Shown: piece by piece, positions 1 through 11,209 of the stretch | Layout of the letters: each line of letters begins with the position of its first letter | Numbering within the stretch: position 1 is the stretch's first letter | Made by a program: the position numbers and the translations under genes | Assembly: GCF_030144855.1 (NCBI RefSeq) | Contig: NC_082733.1 | Span: forward strand, 5,394,001-5,458,000 | Direction of reading: 5' to 3' | DNA length: 64,000 bases | Source: Hypanus sabinus | Lineage: Eukaryota | Notes under the pieces: generated by a model | Seen by the model: the letters and a program-made list of their open reading frames with translations, nothing else | Databases searched by the model: none | What the model was told of the DNA's origin: nothing

Positions 1-59
1 ACAAAAACTTTTCAAATTGTTTTTATTGTCATGTTCAGTGAGGTACAGATTCAATGAAC

Positions 60-1900
60 ATTCACCCTATCTAGTCCTTTCAACATTCAGTGAGATCTCC
101 CTGCATTCATCTAAATTCTAGTGAATATAGGCCTAAAGCTGCCAAATGCTTCTCATATGTTAACCTCTTCGTTCCCAGAATCATCCCCATGAACCTCCGC
201 TGGATTCTCTCCAATGACAAGATAACCTTTCTGAGATATTCTATTCCCCTACGAGGACTCCCAAGTCCCTTTGCACATCTGATGTTTCAGTTTTCTCCCC
301 ATTTAGATAGTCTGCATTTTATTCCTTTTGCCAAAATGCATCATCATACATTTCCCAACAATGTATTCCACCTACCACTAGTTTGCCCATGCTTCCAATT
401 TGTCTAAGTCCTTCTGCAATCGCATTCCTTCCGCAGCACACCTACCCCTCCAACTACAGTCATATCATCCTTGAACTTTGCCACAAAGCCAGCAATTCTA
501 CTATCTAAATCACTGACAATGTGGAAAGAATCGGTCCTGAGGAACACCACTAATCACTGGCAGCCAACCAGAAAAGGTCCCCTTTGTTCCCACTCACTGT
601 CTCTGCTTGTCAGCCATTCCTATATCCATGCCAGAATCTGTCCTGTAATGTCATAGGATTTTATCTTGTTAAGCAGCCTCGTGTATAGCACCTTATCAAA
701 TGTTTCTGAAAATCCAAGTAAATGACATCCACTGCCTCTCCACTGTCCACTCTGCTTGTTACTTCCTCAAAGAGCTCTAACAGATTTGTCAGACAAGATT
801 TCCCTTTACAGGAATAATGCTGACTTTGACTTATTTTAACAATAGTCTCCAAGTACCCCAAAACCTCCTCCTCATAGTCAAGGCACTGAATACATAAGTC
901 CAGAGGTTATGTTGCAATTTTATGAAAACCTGGTCAGGCCACATCTGGAGTATTGCATACATTTCTGGTCACCACACTATAGAAAGAACGTTAAGGCTTT
1001 GGAGAGGGCACAGAAGATTGAGGTTCACATGAAGAAAGGCTGGATCGACTAGGCTTATACTCACTAGGTAGAAGATTGAGGGGGGATCTTACTGAAACGT
1101 ATGAAATTCTAAAGGGATTGGACAGGCTAGATGCAGGAAGATTGTTTCCGATGTTGGGGAAGTCCAGAACAAGGGGTCACAGTTTAAGGATAATGGGGAA
1201 GCCTTTTAGGACTGAGATGAGGAAAAACTTCTTCACACAGAGAGTGGTGAATCTGTGGAATTCTCTGCCACAGGAAACAGTTGAGGCCGGTTCATTGGCT
1301 ATATTTAAGAGGAAGTTAGATATGGCCCTTGTGATCGAGGGTATGGAGAGAAAGCAGGTACAGGGTTCTGAGTTGGATGATCAGCCATGATCATACTGAA
1401 TGGAGGTGCAGGCTCAAAGGACCGAATGGCCTACTCCTGCACCTATTTTCTATGTTTCTATGTTTCTAAGAGATTTACCAGGATGCTGCCTGAGAGGCTG
1501 GATGAACTTGGGTCATTTCCTTTGAAGTGTCAGAGGCTGAGGAAAGATCTGATAAAGATTTATTAGAGGCAGAGATAGAGTACACAGGAAGGATTTTTTT
1601 CCCAGGGTTAAAATGTCTCATGCCAGAGGGCATGCATTGAGAGGGTAGGTTCAAAAGAGATGGAAAAGATAAATTTTTTCTACTAAAGAGTGGAAGATGC
1701 CTGGAATACACTGCCTGATACGGTGGTAGAAGCAATTACATTGGAAACTTTTAAGAATCATTTAGCTAGGCACATGAATGCGAGGAAGATAGAGAAATAT
1801 GGACATTGTGCAGATAGGCGGGATTAGTTTTTAAGGGTTTGGCACAACATTGCGGGCTGAAGGACCTGTTCCTGTGCTGTATTCTTCGATGTTCTATGTC
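60..1900. mobile_element. CR1 LINE fragments: minus-strand RT piece (~60-870) and plus-strand 3' piece (~875-1900), the latter with a second CR1 3' end nested at 1018-1467
   Basis: KSCLTNLLELFEEVT...DVIYLDFQK (661-861) and RGDLTETYEILKG...RTRGHSLR (1076-1390); (TTTCTATG)n tails; AAGA repeated at 1014-1017 and 1468-1471. Confidence 0.88.
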
Positions 1901-4900
1901 CAGCCCATCACACCTGCCTTGCCATTCACTGAGATCCCAGATGATCTGCTATTGCACAGCCACTCTTCCGCGTGCTCCATTAGATTCTGCCAAGTCTCAT
2001 CTAAACCACCTATCCCACCTGGTGTTGAAACCTATCTTTCCACAAGCAAGGAAAACTGAAAAATATTGACAAATTTATGGATTTTGGTAGAAAAGAGAGA
2101 AACATTTTTTTTAAATCACACCACACAATGTTGCAAGGAAACAGTTTATTTTTGGAGTCATAAAGAGTCAGATCTTTTTAAGCAACTAAGAACCCAAGTC
2201 AGCATACAAAATAAACACTGTATCCTAGCAGATACAAATGTGTTCTGTTTGCAACTTAAATTACCATAATATCAGAATCAAGAAAACCATTTGTTGTGTT
2301 GCAAGGATGACATCATAAAATTTCCAAAGTCAAGAGAGTTGTAAGGTGTACAAAATGAAATCACTAGGGGAAAGCAGGTCAGGCTATGGGTTGAAACAGG
2401 AGCTGCTTGCACATTAAATCAAAACAAAGATTACTGTAACCAGACTACCAATGAAACTAACAACTCCACAAGTACACTAGTTAAAGGCACATAACACGGG
2501 ATTTACAAAAATTGTCAGACGCATATACAAAAGGCAGTATCAAATTTAGTTATTTTCATAGTGCCCATAATTAAAACCCATTGTTTATAAAACAAGATAT
2601 GAAAGTATTTTGCCTTAAAAATAAAAACACTTGTATACGTATATAATGAGGATGTGAGATTGGAATCAAAAAGATATTGCTGAACCAAACAGGGACAATG
2701 CAAATATTCTCAATGGTTGTAAAGTTACTTAAAATATATATAATCATATGACATCTTCACATTCCTCGTCAATCAATAATGCTGCCGCCCTGGCACCTTG
2801 GAATGCTCCCCAAATCCACTCTCTGACTTTATCCCATATTCTATTAGTATATCACAATATTTTATATATATATAGCTAAGCTTTTTCTTAATAATTGCAT
2901 ATAAAGATTTGCCAATTTCTTCCAGTAATTTATACTTGAATATTCAAGGTCTTTATTGACAACTGAATGTAAAGAGGGTTTACAAAGTACCACACATTTG
3001 CCTGCAGCTTTTTTCTACATGCTATTAATATAAAAATGGGTAAGAATTATTACTTTAGCAAAAACAATGATAAACTGGCTTCAGATCAGTAATCCATAAA
3101 GGCCAGAAACAGAGAATATCTTCCCTTGCACACTCTTTCATATTGTTAATAAAAACCACCCATGTAAGCCTGTCACTTTGCAATTATACCTTTCACTTGT
3201 GGAGGTATTGCATAATAGGACTACATCATAATGTGCAAATAGGGTATCTGATTTGAAATCGAATGACTTAACCAAAAAAAATTAATTACATCTCATTTTC
3301 CAATTAACTCCATCATGATCAAACTTAGTTCTGATTATCCCTGTACAGGACCAAACTGGATCAACCAACAATTGTTGAAATTTCCTCAGCATGTTGTGTA
3401 CTCTATATTTGGCAATCACCCTCCTGTGAAAAGCAATTGCAGTTGCAGGTGCACACCCACCATGGGACTTCATAAGCTCCAGAATCTTTCACTCCTATAC
3501 ATGGTGCCACAGCATCAATGAAGTGGGGGAGGATTCTTTGTCTGGAGTTTGGATAATGCCTCAGAAGAATCACTACCATTTCAGGCAGAAGATTAAAGTG
3601 TTTCATCCACCCTAACTATGCAATCAAATGACTTTAACTCCACTGCTCAGGATCGTACCAGCTGCTTAACATATCTCAACCTTTTTCTCTTGTCCTTAAA
3701 ATTTCACCTTTACTTTCCTTATTTAAATTGCATCATGCACTTGGCTTGACCATTTTCTTTTATGACCCTTATAATTGAATTGATGAGATTGCACAACAAA
3801 ATTATTGGGACCCAATAATGCAAACAACTAAACACTTTGCATATAAAGAAATCACCTTTCAATGTTTGAAAGTCCTAGTGCTTGGCAATCTCCCTTCAAG
3901 TTCAAAGCCTCCACTCTGGAATTATTAACAGGCCCTTTCCCATCAAACAATACCATGGAAATGAGGCATCTAAAATCCATATAATATGCAGAGTAATCTA
4001 GACCACTATGCTTGGTAACTACATCCATAGCAGTTCTGTGTATACCAGACTTACTTTGGATTTTTTTGTATTAGTTCATAATGATAATTGTCTGCAAATT
4101 CGGACATTCTAAAACAACCTATTATCCAACTGAGCCTAAACAAAAGGAAGTTAGTTGAATGCCAATTCTTGCTAATGACAATGTGCTGAAATTCTTTACT
4201 CACCATTTCAGGTTGCTGTCTAAACTACAAGCCAATTCCCTTCAATCTCAATACATTTGATGGCATCCTTTAACACAATGTCAGATTTCGTATTCATTTA
4301 AACAAAAATACTCCACTCTAATTTGACGCTGAAAAATGCAAATTTTGAGGTCGTAAAAACATTTTCTTTCAATAGTGGAGAACACTATTCAGACCACTGA
4401 GTCTGTGATGGCTCTCAATGTATTGCCATTAGTCCTATTCTACTTTCCATGAATATTAGACAAAAGGCAAGCCATGGTCAGTCTGGTATTCATGAATTGT
4501 TCCAGTGCATATTAATTTATTCACAATCTTTGTAAGAACAATGAACAGATAAATATCACTAACATTTAACACAAATTTAATATGTAGGCTTGAAGTACTG
4601 TAATTAGTCTGAATAAGACATATCATAGTGCTGAAGATACAAAGTAACAAGTAAAATAAGTTTTGAAACTAGCTTTTCTTGGAACAGTTCATTTTATAAG
4701 AGCAAGGTAGAATAGAAACAGCATCAAAATTTAGCAATGCTCTACTATGATCAGCCACTAGGTGCATTTTCAAGCAAGATGATTCCTAGGCCAAGAACCA
4801 TCCATTTCACGTCTGCTGCATCTGGCAGCCCATCTTAGAACTGGGGAAAAAACTTATTTCAAGTTCAGATGAAACAGCTTTGACAAGCAAACCCGTGAGA

Positions 4901-5021
4901 AGCCAGATTACAGCCTTATCATCTTCACAAACAAAATCCAAATAGAAAATGTTAAGCCATCAATTATGAAACAGGTTTTCCTGGAACTTGGATTCATGCA
5001 CACTGGATACTGATCACAGAT

Positions 5022-5093
5022 CAATAGATTATTGTAAAATTAATGTTCTCACAATCATAAATGTGAGAACATTAATCTTACAATAATCTATTG
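5022..5093. repeat. Near-perfect inverted repeat (32-bp arms, 8-nt spacer)
   Basis: 5022-5053 pairs with 5062-5093 at 31/32 positions. Confidence 0.95.
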
Positions 5094-6049
5094 CTACACA
5101 AAAACATTAAAGAGCATCTTATTTGCATAGTGCATTATCAGTGAAACTTTGACACTGACCTCCACAAGGTGATATTCAAACAGCTGTCAGAGCACCAACA
5201 AAAGGAGAGGTGGATAAGATTCAGATGGGAGCAGCTTTAGGCCTAAATAGTGTAAGGATGGATATTAACTGAGCATTGGAAATTGGTGCAATAATACTGA
5301 TTTTGTGGACTGCTGGAGGTCAGACCAAGAGGAGCAAAGAAAGGATTTGACACAAAATTGTGTATTTCCTTGGGAAAAAAGGATGCAGTTTTCCACCCAA
5401 AGGATACCAGCCCAAGTAGGGTACTAAGCATATAGGGTGACCACATTTTTGGCAAACAATGATTGATAAGAGTGAATTACACAATAAATGGTCATAGCAC
5501 ATTCAATATAGATTACAGTCTTGTATCTTGCATTTTAACTGAATAGCAAACATTGGAAGAACAAATCCATTAAACATATTTTGCCTGTAAATAACTAATC
5601 TGTTGCGATTAGAAGTGTCCAGACATCTGTTAACATTTTCCAGATTAATCCGGTTCTTCTATACACGGACATTGTTATAAAAATGTAATTTCTACACGAA
5701 TAAGTGATCTCGGTGCATTTTCCTTTATACGCCCTTTGACACTGAATTGGGGGAGGTGTAAAAAAATACTAGTAATAATGCCTGAACGGATTTTACAAAA
5801 ATGCAAAGATAAAACTTGCGTGATCTTTCACATTTAACCATAAATACCAGGATGCTAATGTCTTTAAATAAAGTACTAAAAATATTCACTCTCCTTCAAA
5901 ACCCCAGAAATATATTAAAACATGTACGGAACAAAAACACTTTAAAGTGAGAACTATACACGAACGTACAAGCAGCAAAATGTGGAGTGATAGATTTGCT
6001 TGCAGTTTAATATTTTATTATATCCGGCTAAGGGGCAGGCAGGGACTTG

Positions 6050-6780
6050 TTTATGCAGAAGGCCTTAGTTGCGCTCACTCACCAGATGGAGTTCTTCAGT
6101 TTCTGCTGCAGTGCACTCGCTTCCGACTCCGCCAGCCCTGCCACCAGGCTGGGCAAAGCGCAGTTGCCCTCCGCACGGCGGATCTGCGGCTGGGGCTCCC
6201 GCTCCGGCGGCGGCGGCGGCGGCTGCTCCTCTGCCATGACGGTGATGGTGGTGCGGAGGGAGGGAGGCAGGCAGGGAGAGACGGAGCGGGGAGGGTCTCC
6301 GTGGGCTGAACGTGAGGGCGGGCTGGACACGTACGGTGACTAGGCCGCAGCCGCTCAGCGGCCCCTCAGGACCGAGCAGCGCCTCCCCCTACCCTCCCTC
6401 CCCCCTCCTCCTACTTCACACGCCGATGCCGAGCGAACTCTCCTCGGTGTCTGTTCAGTACTGCAAGGCGGCCCCGACCTGTGCACAGCACTCTCCCCGG
6501 CTCTGGTACATCCTTGACCTGCTCCGAGCCGGAAGATGCTTCGCTCCCCTAAGAGACCTCACAAACACACGGGTATGATGACTGGAAAGAGTGGGGACGA
6601 GTTCTGGGGCGATTTGTGTATCTCCCGTGCGTTACAGCCCGACTCCGGAGACGGTGCCATGCACACGGCCTTCACACAGAACCTCAGCGAGAGGAGAGCA
6701 GCTGAGTGAATGAGCGGCGCTGCCAGAGCGCAGGCGCAGTCCGGCGGAGGGACAGGGGCTGGGAGAACGGGAGGCGGGGA
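6050..6780 (-). promoter_or_regulatory. RFX7: RFX7 CpG island / promoter and 5' leader
   Basis: GC- and CpG-dense block around the ATG; NRF1-type GCGCAGGCGCA at 6728-6738; GC box GGGAGGCGGGG at ~6769-6779; Inr-like CTCATTC on the minus strand near 6710. Confidence 0.75.
6083..6237 (-). CDS. RFX7: RFX7 first coding exon (N-terminus; gene continues leftwards)
   Basis: ATG at 6237 gives MAEEQPPPPPPEREPQPQIRRAEGNCALPSLVAGLAESEASALQQKLKNSI-(TG), recognisably matching vertebrate RFX7 (MAEEQ...[26 protein letters not shown]). It ends in a phase-2 donor TG|GTGAGT (6082-6077). Divergent adjacency to TEX9 matches known vertebrate synteny. Confidence 0.93.
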
Positions 6781-7900
6781 TAAGATGTGTGGGAGGGGGT
6801 AGAATGGGGCAAGGGCAGGGGTGGGAGGGGATGAATGCCGTGGGGGAAAGGGAAAGAATGGGGTAGTGGGTAGGGGCAGGGTGGAAGAGGATGAATGGGG
6901 TGAGGGCAGGGGGAAAGATGGGGAGTGGGTAGGGGAAGAATGGGCTGGGGTGGAGGAATGAGGACGGGGAGGAGTAAGAATGGAGCAGGAGAGGGTGAAG
7001 AATGGAGTGGGTGGGGGAGAAGAGAGAGGGGCCAGGGGGAATAGAGGGGTAGGGGAGAGTGGGGGGGAGAGGGAGAAGGGAAGGGGGTAGGGTGAGGTGG
7101 AAGAATGGGGGAATGGGTATGGGGTGAAGGAAGAGGGGGTAGTGTGAAGAATGAGAGAGTGGGAGAGGGGAAGGGGTGCATGCAAAGGATAGGGAGAGGA
7201 AGGGGTGGGGAAGAATGGGGAGAGTGAAGGAGGGGAGGGGCAAAGGACAGAAGGGTGAGGAAGGGGTTGGGAGGAAGAAAGGGAGGGGATGGGGTAGAAG
7301 GGTGGAGTGGGTAGGGGGTAGAAGGGGAGGACAGGAAAGGGGATGAAGGGGAGAATGGGGTAGGGGAGGAATGGGAATGAAGGGGAAGAAGGTGGTGGGG
7401 AGAGTGGAAGAAGTGGGTAGGGGAAGGAGGGGGATGAAGGGAATTGGGGAAGGGTGTAGGGGAGAGTGGAAAAAGAGAGAAGAAGAAAGTAGGTGGAAGA
7501 AGGGAGTGGGATGTGAGGGACAAAGGGGTGGTGGAAGGGTGTGGAGGGGGTAATTCAGGTAGTTGGGGAAGGGGAGAGGGAAGAGAAGGGGTATGGAGGA
7601 AGGGAGGAGGAGGGGGGAATTGGAGTGGTCCAGGGTGTGGAGATCGTGGTTTGGTGTCCAGGGAATGGGTATAGGGGAAAGAGGAGGAAGGGAGGAGGAT
7701 GGAAAGAAGTGAGATGGGATGCATGAAAGGAATCTGGGGAGGAGTCAGGGTCTTGGGAGTGGGAGTTGATATCTGGGCATGTAGGAGTTGAGGGAGCAGG
7801 AGGGCTTGTGTCGGTTTTGGGGAGAGGAGGAGATTGTGTTGGGAGAAGAGCATGTTGAGGGGCAGGGGTGTCTAGGGTTGGGGCTGAGGGGGAATCAGAA
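6750..7900 (+). repeat. Low-complexity G/A-rich (polypurine-skewed) tract with many G-runs
   Basis: Plus strand dominated by G and A, with dense GGG-GGGGGGG runs and recurring GAATGGGG-like units; C nearly absent. Confidence 0.9.
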
Positions 7901-9029
7901 TCATACAGCTATGAGCAGGCCTTTTCTTACAGCTGGCGCATACCAACCAAGATGCTCATCCAAGCTGGTCCCATTTGCCATTGTAACATCATTCTTTTGT
8001 AGGGTCACTAAAACTGAACAAGTTCAAATTTAATTATCGTTCAAATGTACCTGAATATAGCCAAACAAATCAGCAATCCTCCAATGCCCAGATGCAAAAC
8101 GTAGTATCAACAGCACTGGAGAGCAGGAACCAACCCTCAACCCAGTACGGATTCCAGTGCACTCACAGAGAACTCTGCTCTCTCCTCCCCATCTCGAGCA
8201 TCTGCATCAGGTGACCCCCACAGAGAGGACCTATTACTTGCCATTACTGAGAGAACACGGCTTTGCTGCCCTGGGTCTCGCCAATAAACCAGTGAGTTGA
8301 AATTGCAGTATTCTACGTTACCAATGTCAAACGGGGTCTTACGATCACAATAAAAACGTCCAAAATTATCACTTGCACTGCACACTATCTCAACTCAACA
8401 ACAGTCCAGCTCCATCGCTATTAAGCGACTCGCTAAAGGAACAGTTTGGCAATATTTGATGTACTTAGTATCCAGCAGTGATTCACGATGGTAAAAAGAT
8501 GTAAAGGACAAACAAAATTACCTTTGATTGGATTCAGAATGGCCGCCGTATACGAGTGCGCCGCCATCTTACTGGAATTCTGTATTCACAGCAAATCCTG
8601 TCAGAAATACTGGAGAACTGGGAAAATGGGGGTGGGGGTGGGGGGGGGAACGTTTATTAGGTTAAAAGTTTGAAGTAAATTTTTTATCCAAGTACATATA
8701 TGTCACCATATACAACCCTGAGATTCATTCTGCAGCCCGCAGAAAATCGCTGATAATTACCAGCACCATCTGTGTTTTTTTTTTAGGGGATATTAGTAAA
8801 AAAAAATAGAAATTGGGGAGACTGACTTGAGCCTGAAGGAGACTCAATTGACAGTTTTGTTCAATAGGTACAAGATTTTTTCTCCCTGTTGGGTGAGGAT
8901 AAAGACATGCAAACTGTTGATAACACCATAGCACAGGAGAACATTCAAGTGGTGAAGAAATGTTGAAATGATAAGGGATAGCATAGTTATATCAAGTCCT
9001 AAATCGAGTCTCAGTCCAGCTGTCAGCAA

Positions 9030-9400
9030 TAACAGGAGCTACATAGTATAAAGGGTTAAAGAACAGCATCACTGCCAACAGCACATCCATTGCTGATCAA
9101 CGTAACACATGCAATGCACATTTTGAACAGAAGGAAATGTGTATGTCACCATCCACCCTGACAGTCTCCAATGCATCTGGACCAACAGTCACCACTGTGG
9201 ATGTATGATCAATTGCCAGAGAGTGAATCCACAGAAAGTATTGGGCCCTGGCCACATCCTTAGATCCTGTCAGCTGGCAAGGGTGTTCGCAGACATTTTT
9301 CTCCCTGCTTCATGTTGTGGTCTCTTCCCAATTTAACCAGACTATTATCAACCCAGTATCCAAGAAAAACAAGATAATATGCCTTAAAGACTACTGCCCA
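9030..9400 (+). mobile_element. Degenerate Rex1/Babar-like LINE fragment
   Basis: Similar to the RT-upstream region of the Rex-like copies at 60770-61192 and 29249-29593 (NP-KA-GPD, CA-QLA-VF-DIF, IIPVPKK remnants). Confidence 0.55.
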
Positions 9401-9409
9401 GTGCCCTAA

Positions 9410-9925
9410 CATAGAACAGTACAACCCCTTCGACCCTCAATGTTACGCTGAACCAATTACATTAGTAATCAAATAGCTAACTATTCTCTTCTGCCTACAC
9501 AATGTCCACTTCCTCACATTCATGTGCCTATCTAAACATCTTTTCAAAGTACCTAATATTTCTGCTTCTACCATCACCCCCAGGCAATGTATTGCTGACA
9601 CCCGCCACTGTCTGTGTAAAAAAAACACGCTCCTCAGATCTCCTTTGAAATGGTAGGGGTCCCAGTGTAGATCTCAGTGGAACACCATTTTATAGACCAA
9701 CAGCTAGAACAAGTCCTTTCAACCACTATCCTCTGTCTTCCATGGGTAAGCAGTTCTGAATCCAAATGGCCAATTCACAATAGATCCCATGTATCTTAAT
9801 CTTCTGCATGAGGCTCCCATGAGGAACCTTGTCAAATGCCTTAATAAAATCTTTGTAGACAACACCCAGAACTCTACCTTCATCAATCACCCTTGTCACT
9901 TCATCAAAAAACTCAATCAATTTCT
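9410..9925 (-). mobile_element. CR1 LINE fragments
   Basis: IEFFDEVTRVIDEG...KAFDKVPHG ORF (9726-9920); CR1 3' tail ACATAGAACA near 9410. Confidence 0.85.
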
Positions 9926-11209
9926 CAGGCTGTCTATAATGAGTTTGTATGTGCTCACTGTGACTGCAAGGTGCTTTGGTTTCCTCCCATATTCCAAAGG
10001 TTTATGGTAGGATTAGTGAATTATGGGCATGCTACAGTATTTTGTGCAGGAAGTACCAACACAGCATGCCTTCAGTGAGTTGCCCCAGTACATCCTTGGA
10101 CTGTGTTGGTCATTGATGCAAATGATGAATTTCATTATACGCTTTTATGTACTTGTGACAAATAAAGGTAATATTTGAGAAGTGTTTACTCGGCTGGAGA
10201 AGAACGTGGAGTGGGATGCTGTGGTTCATATGGTGAATGATATGAGTAGGACTAGAAATGAAATACTGCAGGGAGATGATCAGGGCAAAACTGAAAAACA
10301 AAACCACAAGTGTGATCATTTCTGAATTAATTTCTGACCACTGAGTGTAGTGCTGTATATATGAAAAACTTTATGACTTCCAGTGCAGAACATTTTTATT
10401 GAAAAACACATTTAGCCATGAAATATGTTCTTCTTGTATTACCATGGTAAAAATCAGTTCATAAAGCAATCGGCAGATTAGAGAACTTACAATTAATTTT
10501 GAAGATGAATAAAGCAAGGTGAGAGATAATCTGAACTACGTCACTTTAGAATATTCTCATGTAATTTAAGAACAGAAAGTACGAATGATTTGTGTTTATA
10601 ATAATTTTAATGAACTCATGTCATTCAAAAAGTAAATAAATTACATTTGAAAAGTAGTCACAACTGTGATATAGGAAATCCACCAAGCAATCAACATGTA
10701 ATCAGTGATCTACAGGAGTTAATTTAATGACATAATCTATTTTGAGTGATATTGGCTGAGACATAAATATCAGCAAATTAGTACCTTGGAAACTTTCACA
10801 TTTGAGGAAGCAGTTGACCATTCAATCAGGTAATAAATGTTCATGAGGAAGACACCATTGTTGAATGGATGAATTGGACTGCGGGGCCTGTTCTTTTGTT
10901 GCATTACTCTATGATTCCAACACTAGGTACATAATCTGCTGAAGGAACTCAATGGGTCAAACAGGCTCTGTGGGAGGAAAGGAACTATCAATGTTTCAGA
11001 GTGAAACTCTTCAAACTGCCAGAAGTGTCAAGGCTAGTCGCCAGAAGTTCTTTGGAGTTTAACTGTGGAAAATGTCTGACAGCTTGTAACATATCTAACT
11101 TTCACAAGCATCAGAAAATATTCAAAACTCATTAAAGCTAATCGTATCACAAATTAATATTAAATTTAAAATCTTACCAGATTATTAAATAAAGACTGTA
11201 TAATTAGTT

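Noticed and set aside
1-6076. Next RFX7 exon (C-KTVQSKVDCIL...)
   Set aside because: I could not find a matching segment with splice sites; it probably lies left of the window or was missed by eye.
6559-7853. Long Pro/Ser/Leu-rich ORFs (208, 203 and 389 aa) on the minus strand
   Set aside because: Artefacts of the C/T-rich low-complexity strand, which lacks stop codons; no recognisable domain.
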